Positions 39,326 to 49,313 of a stretch of DNA of 64,000 nt are shown in pieces. The stretch covers positions 75,570-139,569 of the IMG/VR virus record IMGVR_UViG_3300042013_000061. One strand, written 5' to 3'. The notes beneath the pieces were generated by a model. The model did not search any database and was not told the origin of the DNA. It saw nothing but the letters and a program-made list of their open reading frames with translations. The translations under genes were made by a program, and so were the position numbers. Within the stretch, counting starts at the first letter, position 1, and every line of letters starts with the position of its first letter. The stretch comes from a virus.

Positions 39326-39948
39326 CTGCTCAAAGCAAAAACACCGCCCTGATGCGCAAACTGACCGTGCCTGAAGCCCTCAAGCGCGACGACCTGTGCC
39401 TGTACGTGATGAACATCGTAAAACCGGGCGGCAATATCAACCTGACTGCAAAAGGCGAAGACGGCCAGATGCAATCGGTTGTAATTCCGAAAACTTTCAT
39501 CCCGGTTGACATGACCCTGTTTATCAACCGTAGCAATCTGCTGAATAACCAGATTTTCCGTCAACTGGTTGTCCGTGGCGACGTGGTAATTGTTCACCCG
39601 GACGATGCAGAAAAAGCAATCGAAGCGCACCCTAACGCGAAGAAAGAACAGAAGCGAATTCTGTCTTCGAATACCGACTACGATATCAACGCTGGCGGTT
39701 CGTCGGGCGGTTATATCGAAATGAAAGACACGGGCGGTTCGCTGCAACAGCGCGTTGAATCCGATGCTTCCAACATTTCGCCATTCGCAGCCGGTATCGT
39801 GAGCCGTGCCGCTTCCGAAGACGTGGCAGATTTGATGATGGATATCGAAGCCAACCGCGACACCCTGACCACCGACGATTTGGAATTCATCGCGACCAAC
39901 GTTGAAGACTCCACCCTGAAGCAATTCATCGTGGATCAACTGGCGTAA
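39322..39948 (+). CDS. hypothetical protein
   Basis: GGAG RBS; strongly biased codons. Confidence 0.7.
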   Translation: MTAQSKNTALMRKLTVPEALKRDDLCLYVMNIVKPGGNINLTAKGEDGQMQSVVIPKTFIPVDMTLFINRSNLLNNQIFRQLVVRGDVVIVHPDDAEKAIEAHPNAKKEQKRILSSNTDYDINAGGSSGGYIEMKDTGGSLQQRVESDASNISPFAAGIVSRAASEDVADLMMDIEANRDTLTTDDLEFIATNVEDSTLKQFIVDQLA

Positions 39949-39962
39949 CGTTTTCCCGAAGC

Positions 39963-40004
39963 AAAAAAAAGGCCGCAATCCAATTAAGGAAAGCGGCCTT
40001 TTTT
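39963..40004. terminator. bidirectional terminator between convergent genes
   Basis: A8-GGCCGC...GCGGCC-T6 with the same inner motif as 1693 and 16424. Confidence 0.8.
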
Positions 40005-40011
40005 ATTTCTG

Positions 40012-40314
40012 TCATTTGTTAATTATCGGTACGCCACGTTCGGGAATACCCATTTCGTAAGCGAGCAAAGAAATGGTAAGTTCCACGCCGTGATTTGTTA
40101 GCGTATCGTGCAAGCCTGCGCGTTCATCCCACGCAGCTTTCAACTCACGCATGATTTGCATCGCTTCAACTTCGCTGGTCGGATACGGCTGCGTGCGTGT
40201 CCAGAGTCCGTGCAACTTAATCGGGATATCGAAATCTTTTTTCAGTAGACGATCCAGTGCCCAAATTTTATCGCACGCCAAACACAGGTAGCGTTTCGAA
40301 TCTTCACTAATCAT
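40012..40314 (-). CDS. hypothetical protein
   Basis: 100-aa ORF downstream of primase. Confidence 0.55.
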   Translation of the reverse strand: MISEDSKRYLCLACDKIWALDRLLKKDFDIPIKLHGLWTRTQPYPTSEVEAMQIMRELKAAWDERAGLHDTLTNHGVELTISLLAYEMGIPERGVPIINK

Positions 40315-40610
40315 GGTTTAAATTCCATCATGGCGTCACAGATTGCATTGGTACGTGCGACTAGCGCGCCGTTGCGTAATGACAGCAATTGCTTCATTTT
40401 GTTTTCGATGTTGTCACGTATCGCCATCGCATACGACAGGCACTGACCTTTTGTCACACCGCCATGCAGACCTGATGCCCCGCGCCCGTATGGATTATTG
40501 CCAATGCCGAATTCCGCATACAGCGCGTAATCAAATTCAGTTTCGCGCTCCATCAATTTCTGCACAGCTTGAATAGTTTCCCAGTCCGCCAACTCTCTGC
40601 CTTCTTTCAT
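40311..40610 (-). CDS. hypothetical protein
   Basis: 99-aa ORF coupled to primase. Confidence 0.55.
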   Translation of the reverse strand: MKEGRELADWETIQAVQKLMERETEFDYALYAEFGIGNNPYGRGASGLHGGVTKGQCLSYAMAIRDNIENKMKQLLSLRNGALVARTNAICDAMMEFKP

Positions 40611-41716
40611 TTCTTCACCCCGATACGTTTTGTTTTCTGTTCGATTTTCAATTTCGGCACGAGCTTTTTATCCGCCGTAATCTTTTTCTTTTTCTCTTCG
40701 GTCACAGCCTTTTTCTTTTTCTTCTTCGGCGCTACAGGCACCGCTCCCGCGTAAACGATTTCCTTCACCTTGTCGATGATCTTCTGGCTGGCGTCGTCCG
40801 GGTCAAGCTTAATCAAATTGCCTTCTTCGTCATACTTGCGTGGCAGTTTCAGTTCCTCGAAATCAATCATGTTTTCGCAGAACGATTCTACCAACCGCGC
40901 CATGCCTATACCTGCACTGTCGTTATCCGTCAGCGTATAGATTTTCTTGATGCCAAGTCCCATCAAAAGCATGAGCTTACGTTCGCCAAACATTTTGGAA
41001 CCGAGGATACCGATTGCCGGGATTTTATTCAGCACCAAACGCAGCCAGTCACGCGGGCCTTCACATAGCACCACGGAATCACAACCGAACAATTCATGCT
41101 TGCGTATAAAATCGTAACCGAGCAATCCGTAATTCTGTACCCAGTCGCCGCCGGTGTTGAGATACGACGGGCCTTTTTCTGGTTTGTCCCACAACGCTTT
41201 TACACCGCCACGATAACGACCGTTAATGTAGACCGGAAGCACCAACATTAATTCGTCACGTTTCCCTTCGTTGAACATGTAACCGTCAACGCGCTTAATC
41301 ATACTGCCGGGATAACCGCGCCATTCTTTTTTCTCAGGCCACGGAAGCACCGCGCCGCCGACCTCTTCGAACAACCGATTCATGCTGCGATTGTTTGTCG
41401 ATTCTGCATCTTTCTTCGAACGATTAATTCGACCCCAATCACCCGCAGTTGTGCCGGTGAAATTCTGCCATTCTTTAATGACACGTAGGCCCATCTTTTC
41501 TGCAAGCTTATTCCACGGGCCTGCTGCACCACAACCGTAGCAGTTGAAAAAGCCTAACGGTACTTTTGCTTCATACGAAATGTTAATGCCGCAAGATGGT
41601 GTCTTTTCATCATGGAACGGACAACAAATAGAAAAACTGGAATGGGTTTGTTTTGTATAGCCTTGGATTTTGTCCAGTTCTTCATGGAGAATCGTAAACG
41701 CATCTTCCATACTCAT
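40607..41716 (-). CDS. dnaG: DNA primase (CHC2 zinc finger plus TOPRIM)
   Basis: CPFHDEKTPS...CYGC; EGPRD and DND TOPRIM motifs; Lys-rich tail. Confidence 0.9.
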   Translation of the reverse strand: MSMEDAFTILHEELDKIQGYTKQTHSSFSICCPFHDEKTPSCGINISYEAKVPLGFFNCYGCGAAGPWNKLAEKMGLRVIKEWQNFTGTTAGDWGRINRSKKDAESTNNRSMNRLFEEVGGAVLPWPEKKEWRGYPGSMIKRVDGYMFNEGKRDELMLVLPVYINGRYRGGVKALWDKPEKGPSYLNTGGDWVQNYGLLGYDFIRKHELFGCDSVVLCEGPRDWLRLVLNKIPAIGILGSKMFGERKLMLLMGLGIKKIYTLTDNDSAGIGMARLVESFCENMIDFEELKLPRKYDEEGNLIKLDPDDASQKIIDKVKEIVYAGAVPVAPKKKKKKAVTEEKKKKITADKKLVPKLKIEQKTKRIGVKK

Positions 41717-41718
41717 AA

Positions 41719-41764
41719 ACTGTAAACCTGAAATATCAATTTAACAATGTACACCCTTTACAGT
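41719..41764. promoter_or_regulatory. pair of oppositely oriented ACTGTAAA motifs at the divergent junction
   Basis: ACTGTAAA at 41719-41726 (+) and TTTACAGT at 41757-41764 (-). Confidence 0.6.
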
Positions 41765-41778
41765 ATCGCTCGCAGTAG

Positions 41779-42903
41779 GTGAAGCCTGTGTTTAAGGACA
41801 TTGCTACCAAAATAAGGGCCGATAGAAGGTTCGCACACGTGGAATCACACGTAGGCAAAGTCTATGCACAAGTAATGGATTCTCAAATCTTTACGCCGAA
41901 TGGACGCGGGCCAGAATATCGACCATCATCATTTCCGATTTGCCCTGTACTCGTGCATATGCAATTCATTAAAGCCGCACGTGATGGCTACTATGAAAGC
42001 AACATGTTTGCAGGCGGTGGCTATTTCACAACGGTCGGAACCGCAGCACACGAAAACATTCAGTATTATTTCGGCCAGACAAAGAAAACGTTTGGTGACT
42101 GGAAATGTCGCAACAACAAATGTCAACGGCACCATGACGCCCGCGACCTTTACGATGAAAAGGGCAAGATCACACGCCCCGGAATTCTCACAGCGAAAAA
42201 CACGACAGACAATTTGTGTCCGACGTGCAAGGTCGCTTGTGAGTATGTCGAAAAGTGCATTAATTACAACGGCCTGAAGGGACACATCGACTGCATTTAT
42301 GAAATGCCGGACGGTTCTTATTGGGTCATGGATTACAAGACCAGTACGAAAGGACAAATCAAGGGCAACAAATTGCCCAAGCGCGAACACTTGATGCAGG
42401 TTCCAACATACTGCTATGTGCTCGAAAAGAAATACGGAATGAAAATTTCCGGTTTCTCGCTTCTGTACCTGAGCCGCGACAACCCATACGAATATCGGGA
42501 ATATGCCGAGCAGTGGGGGCCACGTCGCCGCAACGAAATCAAGGAACTGATTAAGTCTCAGAAGAAAATCTACCGGGCTGCTGTGAATTCGTTCATACAG
42601 AACAAACCGGAAATCGCAATGAAATGCAAACCGTGCCAAGTGCCGGACGATTACGAACGTCTCATGCCTGCTTACGAAAAATGCCCGATGGAAAAGGTGT
42701 GTTTCAACAAGCGCGATCTACGCGACAATATGCTGCATGCGTTGAAACCAGCCGAGCTAATCAAGGTGCTGGATATCACGAACAACATGCGGAATTATGT
42801 CGAAGACGAAGACATGCCGGTCGTGAAGAAAATTGCGAAGAAAAAGAAAACTCTCGATCCAATCAAATCGGCCAAGAAGCCTAAGAGGATTGCCAAGAAA
42901 TGA
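41779..42903 (+). CDS. Cas4-like PD-(D/E)xK exonuclease
   Basis: RPSS...C, GTAAHE, GHID...DYKT, Q..TY, C-terminal CxxC...C cluster. Confidence 0.8.
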   Translation: MKPVFKDIATKIRADRRFAHVESHVGKVYAQVMDSQIFTPNGRGPEYRPSSFPICPVLVHMQFIKAARDGYYESNMFAGGGYFTTVGTAAHENIQYYFGQTKKTFGDWKCRNNKCQRHHDARDLYDEKGKITRPGILTAKNTTDNLCPTCKVACEYVEKCINYNGLKGHIDCIYEMPDGSYWVMDYKTSTKGQIKGNKLPKREHLMQVPTYCYVLEKKYGMKISGFSLLYLSRDNPYEYREYAEQWGPRRRNEIKELIKSQKKIYRAAVNSFIQNKPEIAMKCKPCQVPDDYERLMPAYEKCPMEKVCFNKRDLRDNMLHALKPAELIKVLDITNNMRNYVEDEDMPVVKKIAKKKKTLDPIKSAKKPKRIAKK

Positions 42904-43586
42904 GAATCAAACTGAACCTTAACGAAACCAGTACGGCTGGCAGTGTCTACAGCACGCCGAGCATGGAATCCGCAGAGCAACAGGAACCGTCAGACGAAGA
43001 ACTGGCGATTCGTGATACCGAAGAAAAAGAACGCGAAGCACAACAGTTGGAAAAAGAACGGCAAGACGCTGCGAAAAAAGCAGAAGAAGCCGCGAAGAAA
43101 GTTCCTAAAACACCAAAGGAGAAAGGCGAAGATGCTGGCGGCGATACGGGCGGTGACGATGATGACGATCTTGGAGGTGACGACGATGACTCCGACGATT
43201 CCGATGATGGTGATGATGACAAAACTTCGCCCGACAAAGATTCTGACGATGAAGAAGATTTAGACGAAGAAGATTTGGACGACGACGAAGACGAAGAGGA
43301 CGAAGAAGCAACCGCTTCGACGCTTCCATATCCTGACGCACAAAATGCAAAATCTGATGCGCCAATTCTCCCGCCGAAAGAAGTCCCGGCTGACCCTGAA
43401 GTGGAAGAAGAAACGCTCAACGTTGACGATAACACTGCATCGAATTTGAAAAATACCCCGGACGATCCAAACGTAAAAGAAGGGGATAACAAAATCGAAG
43501 CAACAATCGAAGCCGTTGCGTCTGCCTATTCGGAACGCCAATCAATCCGGGCCTCAATGCCTTACCCGGACGCGTGGAAAGCTTGA
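42900..43586 (+). CDS. highly acidic disordered protein
   Basis: Long D/E tracts; PYPDA repeated twice. Confidence 0.65.
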   Translation: MRIKLNLNETSTAGSVYSTPSMESAEQQEPSDEELAIRDTEEKEREAQQLEKERQDAAKKAEEAAKKVPKTPKEKGEDAGGDTGGDDDDDLGGDDDDSDDSDDGDDDKTSPDKDSDDEEDLDEEDLDDDEDEEDEEATASTLPYPDAQNAKSDAPILPPKEVPADPEVEEETLNVDDNTASNLKNTPDDPNVKEGDNKIEATIEAVASAYSERQSIRASMPYPDAWKA

Positions 43587-43681
43587 TTCAAACGAACCGC
43601 ATTCAGAGCAATCTGTTTGCGGTTTTTTCGTATGGATTTGAATACTGTAAATACACACAAATGATTAGGAGTATTCCCTCT

Positions 43682-44032
43682 ATGCTGACCCACGTAATCA
43701 ATGGAATCGACATTAATGGCGAGAACAATACCCGTGCAAAGTTTGCAAGCACGGTCGCCACATTCAAGGTCGATAAACGCCTGTTCACAAAAGAATATAA
43801 ATTCGAACACCACAAAGTCGTATCACTGCACGGCAAGCGTTTCCTTTCATGTGTGAAACGTGGGCAATACGCAATGCTGGTCGAAGCCAATGCCGACGCA
43901 GAAAACTTTATCGTTTGTGCTGAAATGGATTCGTCAATTTATTCGGATGCGTTGGCCGAAGCGTTGGCTCAAATCAAAATGCACGTGTTCCTGACGCGCA
44001 AGCCAACCAAAAAAGAAGCGGTGTCCGCATGA
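43682..44032 (+). CDS. hypothetical protein
   Basis: AGGAG RBS; ACTGTAAATA at 43644. Confidence 0.6.
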   Translation: MLTHVINGIDINGENNTRAKFASTVATFKVDKRLFTKEYKFEHHKVVSLHGKRFLSCVKRGQYAMLVEANADAENFIVCAEMDSSIYSDALAEALAQIKMHVFLTRKPTKKEAVSA

Positions 44033-44433
44033 GCTTTGCGAAGTCTGCGACTAAAAATCCGGTTTATCGCAACATGCTTATGTGTCGCGGTGACGTTCTG
44101 GAAATCCACACGTTCACGCTTGAGCCGGAAGGAAAGAATCGGTACAGCGCGCTAGTCAGCATGCAATGGTTTCAGGAACGTGAACTGGAATTGCGCTACG
44201 GTGACAAACCGAAAAAGAACCTGCCGCCGTTCTACGTGGGATTGTTCGAACAGAAACATTTCGTCGATAAGCTGGAAAAGCTACGGCGTGAGGATTACGC
44301 GAAACGCGGCGAAGAGTACGAAGACATTTGGACGCAGTTTCCGCATTTCCACCACGAATCTTTGTGGGATTTTTACAAGGCTGTTGGCTACGATTACAAA
44401 GCGAAAAAGTGGACACGTCCCTTACCTAATTGA
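44029..44433 (+). CDS. hypothetical protein
   Basis: 134-aa ORF. Confidence 0.6.
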   Translation: MSFAKSATKNPVYRNMLMCRGDVLEIHTFTLEPEGKNRYSALVSMQWFQERELELRYGDKPKKNLPPFYVGLFEQKHFVDKLEKLRREDYAKRGEEYEDIWTQFPHFHHESLWDFYKAVGYDYKAKKWTRPLPN

Positions 44434-44444
44434 GAACACACCGA

Positions 44445-46556
44445 ATGGCAGTCGCGAAGAAAAAGCCTGCGAAAAAAGAACTGGATACGCACCAGTCCAA
44501 ATTCGTAGAACCGAAAGAAAAGAAAACGAAGAAAACGGCAGTCGCTGAAGCAGTCGGCAAAACGATCAAAAAGAAATCCGCAAGTCAAGACGGTTTCCAG
44601 ATTCTGGAAGGCTTGATGGGCGTGCGTCACAACCCGACAATGTATCTCGGGGAACTCGGCCCGTCGATGGCGTATCGCTGTATCAAGGAAGCGGTAGACA
44701 ACGCTTACGACGAACACATTGCCGGTCGCAACAAAGTAATCGAAGTGATTGTCGATTATGACAACGGAATTTATATCATCGCTGACCAAGCGGGCGGTAT
44801 TCCAACAGATTTCAAAAAGCTGGAAAACGGCGACAAAATTTCCATCATGACTGCGGCCTACACAAAGACTCACGCAGGCGCAAAGTTCAACGACAAGGCT
44901 TACAAAACTTCGGCGGGTACGCACGGTATCGGTATGGCTGCTGTAATGGCCGTCTGCGAAGAAATGCGCGCTTGGACAACGTACAAAGGCAAGCTGCATT
45001 ATCAGAAATACGGTAAAGGCAAAATCACTTCGAAAGGCGAGCATCCGCTGCCTGTGAAGTCCGTCGATAAAGACGTGATGCCGCACCTGAAAGACAAGAT
45101 GAAAAAATACGGCACAATCGTTGCGCTGAAACTGGATCAAGAAGTTGTATCCGAAGACAGCCGACGCGGCAAAGCACTGCCGAAGAATTTCCGTGTTGCG
45201 GAACCTGTAGCGGCTGACGTGCAATCGTGGTTGCAGAACGTGGCGATGCTTAACCCCGGTCTGGAAATTCGTTTCGCACAAATTCGCAACAAGAAACGTG
45301 AAGACCACGTTTTCATGAACAAAAAGGATTTGGCATATGTACCTAAATACATGTGTGATATCCGCGAACTGTCGGCACAAGGCAAACCGTTCACATTCAA
45401 AACCGACAACATCACCTGTGCAATCGTTTGGTCTGACCATACGGACGCAGATAATTTCCTGACATTCGTGAACACTTCGCCAACGGCTGACGGCGGCTGG
45501 CACGTGACAGGATTTACCGCTGCACTTTCCGCCGCGCTGAAGAAATTCATGCCAGCGCCGAAGAAAGGACAGAAAGGACAAGGTTTTACCGGTTCGGATT
45601 TGCTCACTGGTTTGACGGGCATGTTTGACTGGCGTATGCACGGCGCACAATACACGTCTCAGGTAAAAGATAAACTCGCCTCGAAAGTGGACAAAGAAGT
45701 TTACGACGCCCTGCTGCCTGAATTGGAAAAGTATTTCGACACGAACAAATCGGTCGGAAAAAACATCATCAAACGTGCTCAAGTTCTTAACAAAGGTCGA
45801 ATCGAACTGGCGGCTGTCGTCAAGTCGATGGCTGACGTGAAGAAAAAGAAAAATGGTTCGGCACTCCCGGCTGCGCTCGCTGCTGCACCGAAATGCAAAC
45901 CGCACGAACGTGAATTGTTTATCGTGGAAGGCGACTCGGCAAAAGGCCCGTCTGTTAACTCCCGCGACGTTTACAATCAGGAAGTAATGGCTGCATCCGG
46001 TAAGCCACTTAACGCCCTGAAAGCTCCGCTCGCAAAAGTTCTCGCTCACAAAGAAATCGGCAACATGCTTATTTCTCTCGGCGCGGATTTGAAGACGCTT
46101 GATCCGAAAGCAGAAAACCCAATTATCAGCGTGGAAAAACTCCGCGTTGCGAATATCATTTTCCTTGTTGACCCTGACCCGGACGGCGGACACATCGCTG
46201 TACTGTTCATGGCGGCGCTGTGGCGTTTGATGCCTGACCTTTTCCGTCAAGGTCGTGTGTGGTGTGTGCAGGCTCCACTTTATGCTGCGCTTCACGAAAA
46301 ACGCATTTACGGTGCAATGACTTTTGCAGACTGCCGTGGCCTCGCGCCAAAAGCTGTAAAAGACAAGGACATTGTTCGCATCAAAGGTTGGGGAGAGGTC
46401 AACGAAGATTACGTCGGCCCAATCGCATTCGATCCGAAACAGCGCAAGCTCATTCGTATTGACGCGTTTTCCAGTGTCGAACATGAGAAATTTTTCCGTG
46501 GCGTTGTGGCAGAAGATGCCGTACACCGTCGCCGTCTGCTGGGGCTTGAAGACTGA
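44445..46556 (+). CDS. gyrB: type IIA topoisomerase subunit B (GyrB/ParE-like)
   Basis: EAVDN, GTHGIG, EGDSA, DPDPDG and RIKGWGE motifs. Confidence 0.93.
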   Translation: MAVAKKKPAKKELDTHQSKFVEPKEKKTKKTAVAEAVGKTIKKKSASQDGFQILEGLMGVRHNPTMYLGELGPSMAYRCIKEAVDNAYDEHIAGRNKVIEVIVDYDNGIYIIADQAGGIPTDFKKLENGDKISIMTAAYTKTHAGAKFNDKAYKTSAGTHGIGMAAVMAVCEEMRAWTTYKGKLHYQKYGKGKITSKGEHPLPVKSVDKDVMPHLKDKMKKYGTIVALKLDQEVVSEDSRRGKALPKNFRVAEPVAADVQSWLQNVAMLNPGLEIRFAQIRNKKREDHVFMNKKDLAYVPKYMCDIRELSAQGKPFTFKTDNITCAIVWSDHTDADNFLTFVNTSPTADGGWHVTGFTAALSAALKKFMPAPKKGQKGQGFTGSDLLTGLTGMFDWRMHGAQYTSQVKDKLASKVDKEVYDALLPELEKYFDTNKSVGKNIIKRAQVLNKGRIELAAVVKSMADVKKKKNGSALPAALAAAPKCKPHERELFIVEGDSAKGPSVNSRDVYNQEVMAASGKPLNALKAPLAKVLAHKEIGNMLISLGADLKTLDPKAENPIISVEKLRVANIIFLVDPDPDGGHIAVLFMAALWRLMPDLFRQGRVWCVQAPLYAALHEKRIYGAMTFADCRGLAPKAVKDKDIVRIKGWGEVNEDYVGPIAFDPKQRKLIRIDAFSSVEHEKFFRGVVAEDAVHRRRLLGLED

Positions 46557-48205
46557 TGGCTGCTAAAAAACCTGAACCGAAAAAGGGAGTCGCCAAAAAG
46601 GCGGCTTCCAAAGCTGTAGTTAAATCCAAATCGAAAAGCGTTACGAAAGCGCCGACCACGCGTGACAAAATGTTGGAAGCTGGACTTCAGTTTGTGACTG
46701 AATCCATGTACCCGCTAAAAGCGCAAAGCGTAATTGAACAAGGGCTGGACGTTTACACGCGTGACGCCCTGAAAGTTTATGGTTCGTATGTGGTTGAACA
46801 GCGAGCGGTTGCGGATTTCCGTGACGGCATGAAACCTGTTCACCGTGCGGTTTTGTGGTCGATGGCGGGACTCGGTTTGCGTCCGTCTGCTGGTCATAAA
46901 AAATCTGCGCGAACTGTTGGTGATGCAATCGGTAAATATCACCCGCACGGCGATAGCGCTGCATACGAAGCGATGGTGACAATCACAAACACGGTGCCGC
47001 CATTTGTTGACGGTCGTGGTGGTTTTGGTTCGCCTGATACCCCTGCTTCTGCTGCGCGATACACCGAAGCGAAAATGTCGAAGTTTGCACACACGTTTTT
47101 GCTCGACCCGGATTATCTGAAAGTCGTTCCTTACGAACAAAACTTTTCGAACGACGATCAAATCCCGCTGTACCTTCCTGCACTGTTGCCAGCGCTGCTT
47201 TTCGTGACCAACATCCCGGCCCCGGCCTACGGTGTTAAAGCGGGCAACCCTGCATTCAGCATGCCGACTGTTGCGAAAGTAATTATCGACATGTTGAAGG
47301 GCAAAACGTACACCGCGCAAAAACTCAGCGATTCGTTGAAAATTTATCACCCGTATGGCTGCCTCGACGTTTCGAAAGATTCCGATATCGAAGCCTTGAT
47401 GGCAACCGGCGCCGGTAAAGTCAGTTATGCACCGCTGACAAAATACGATGAACCGAAGCGCACGATCTACCTGCAATCGTTTGTGCCGACCACGCTGGCA
47501 GGCACCGAAAGCATCGACAAAACCCTGAATAAAATTCTCGATCTGGACGGCGTGAAAAACGCATACAACTCGCCCGGTAAAAAGAATAAGAACGCGGGGC
47601 CATTCGGTGCGCTGTGTGAAATCAACGCGCAGAAGAATACGACCGACGAACGCTTCGACGAAATCTGCCACTCGGTTGACAACATCGTCAAATCGTCTGT
47701 GCATTACCGTCTCGGTGTGACCATCCGTAAAAAAGATGCGCCGAACGAATTCCGTTATCTGGACTACGTGACGTATTTCAACGCGTGGATCAAGTACCGC
47801 ATCAAATTGGAAGAGCGACTGATTGCCTACAAGCTGAAAAGCATTGGCGAGCAATTGCATTTGCAGGAAGTCTACCTGTTCGCTGTACAGAACATGAAAG
47901 AACTTCTGAAGATTTTGCCAAAGGCATTGTCTGCAAAAGACCCGGAAGTGGTTTTGGCGAAGGCGTTGAAAATGCCGGTCGAAGACGCAGCGATTATTCT
48001 GGATCGAAAAATTCGCCAATTGGCTGCAATGGAAGCGGACGCCCTGAAAGAAAAAATCAAAGGGTTGAAAGCCGATATCAAAACCTTGCTCACTGAGCAG
48101 AAGAATCCGGGGGAGCGGGCCGCACGCGATACCGAAGCACGCGTGAAGTCCTATTTGAAAAAACCAGACCCAACGCAACCGGGATTGCCTGTCAGTCCCG
48201 ATTAA
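46556..48205 (+). CDS. gyrA: type IIA topoisomerase subunit A (GyrA/ParC-like, no beta-pinwheel CTD)
   Basis: DGMKPVHR, YHPHGDS, AARYTE catalytic Tyr; only 549 aa. Confidence 0.92.
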   Translation: MAAKKPEPKKGVAKKAASKAVVKSKSKSVTKAPTTRDKMLEAGLQFVTESMYPLKAQSVIEQGLDVYTRDALKVYGSYVVEQRAVADFRDGMKPVHRAVLWSMAGLGLRPSAGHKKSARTVGDAIGKYHPHGDSAAYEAMVTITNTVPPFVDGRGGFGSPDTPASAARYTEAKMSKFAHTFLLDPDYLKVVPYEQNFSNDDQIPLYLPALLPALLFVTNIPAPAYGVKAGNPAFSMPTVAKVIIDMLKGKTYTAQKLSDSLKIYHPYGCLDVSKDSDIEALMATGAGKVSYAPLTKYDEPKRTIYLQSFVPTTLAGTESIDKTLNKILDLDGVKNAYNSPGKKNKNAGPFGALCEINAQKNTTDERFDEICHSVDNIVKSSVHYRLGVTIRKKDAPNEFRYLDYVTYFNAWIKYRIKLEERLIAYKLKSIGEQLHLQEVYLFAVQNMKELLKILPKALSAKDPEVVLAKALKMPVEDAAIILDRKIRQLAAMEADALKEKIKGLKADIKTLLTEQKNPGERAARDTEARVKSYLKKPDPTQPGLPVSPD

Positions 48206-48218
48206 CCCGGAGAACAAA

Positions 48219-48758
48219 ATGGACGAAACGCCAATCGTTGAAATCGTAGAGTCGGAAGAGATTTACGTCCACGGCTCGCCGGTTACATTCAACACAAAAG
48301 TTTACTGTTTCATGCGTAGTTTCCATCTGCCGATTCTGGAAGATCAGGAATTGCCGCTGCAAGATACATGGTTCATGGTTCCGGCTGTTCAACATGGCCC
48401 GATGATTTCTCTCGCGAATCCAAACATTGAGTTGGCCGCGTTGATGATGATCGACCAGAACGGCCTTGTGGTTAAAGCGCACCGTGTGAATCCGCACGTG
48501 ACGCCGCCACTCGGTAACTACGAACTGGAAATGATGAAAAAAGAAGCGTTCGATATTTCCGTGTGGGAAAAGGCCAAACAAAAGTCTTTCCCTTACGAAA
48601 CCATGTTCGACAAAAGCGCCGTAGCCGCTCGTTACCGCGATGCAAAAGCTACGCCTGCAATGGCGATGAATATCGAATCGTCAAACATCACGTACCAGAC
48701 AATCCGCAAGAAAATTCAACCTAAACCATGCACGACGTGCGGGGGCCGTAACAAATGA
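48219..48758 (+). CDS. hypothetical protein
   Basis: GGAG RBS; C-terminal CTTC. Confidence 0.65.
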   Translation: MDETPIVEIVESEEIYVHGSPVTFNTKVYCFMRSFHLPILEDQELPLQDTWFMVPAVQHGPMISLANPNIELAALMMIDQNGLVVKAHRVNPHVTPPLGNYELEMMKKEAFDISVWEKAKQKSFPYETMFDKSAVAARYRDAKATPAMAMNIESSNITYQTIRKKIQPKPCTTCGGRNK

Positions 48759-49261
48759 GTGCCGTATTAAAAGAAGGCGTACAAGATTTCGTAGACCTGA
48801 CGCCTTACGACGTGTTGCGTCGGGAATTGCAAACTGACGTAATTACATACGGCGCCCTGCATGAAAACTTCGTGAGTAAATGCGTGCCGCATATGGTTGT
48901 TGCTCGCGTGCATTTCACTCTGCCTCAATTGGTGAACGGTAAAATGCCGTTTGCTGATACGGTAATGAGCGAAGCCACCGTCGAACGTGCATACACCGAA
49001 GGCGCAGCGATTTGTAATTTCGTTGACAACGTTCTGGCGCAGGAACATCCGCAGGATAAGCGTTTCCTTTTGCGTTACATGGAACAGCTTTGCATGCGCT
49101 ACGGCAAAAGCAATGATCGTGCGTTGGGTTTCGGCCACGACATTATTTATAGCCGCGATCCAATCGGCACCGGTTTTTACAAAGCGTTTGATAATACTTT
49201 GTACATTCCACCCCTCACTGGTCACTGGGCAATTGCGTCGAAAGGCAGCGCCCGCGACTAA
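48755..49261 (+). CDS. hypothetical protein
   Basis: 168-aa ORF. Confidence 0.6.
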   Translation: MSAVLKEGVQDFVDLTPYDVLRRELQTDVITYGALHENFVSKCVPHMVVARVHFTLPQLVNGKMPFADTVMSEATVERAYTEGAAICNFVDNVLAQEHPQDKRFLLRYMEQLCMRYGKSNDRALGFGHDIIYSRDPIGTGFYKAFDNTLYIPPLTGHWAIASKGSARD

Positions 49262-49313
49262 AACTGTAAAGAAAAGGCGAGCGCACATTGTTCTCGCCTA
49301 CTTTCTCGGATGA

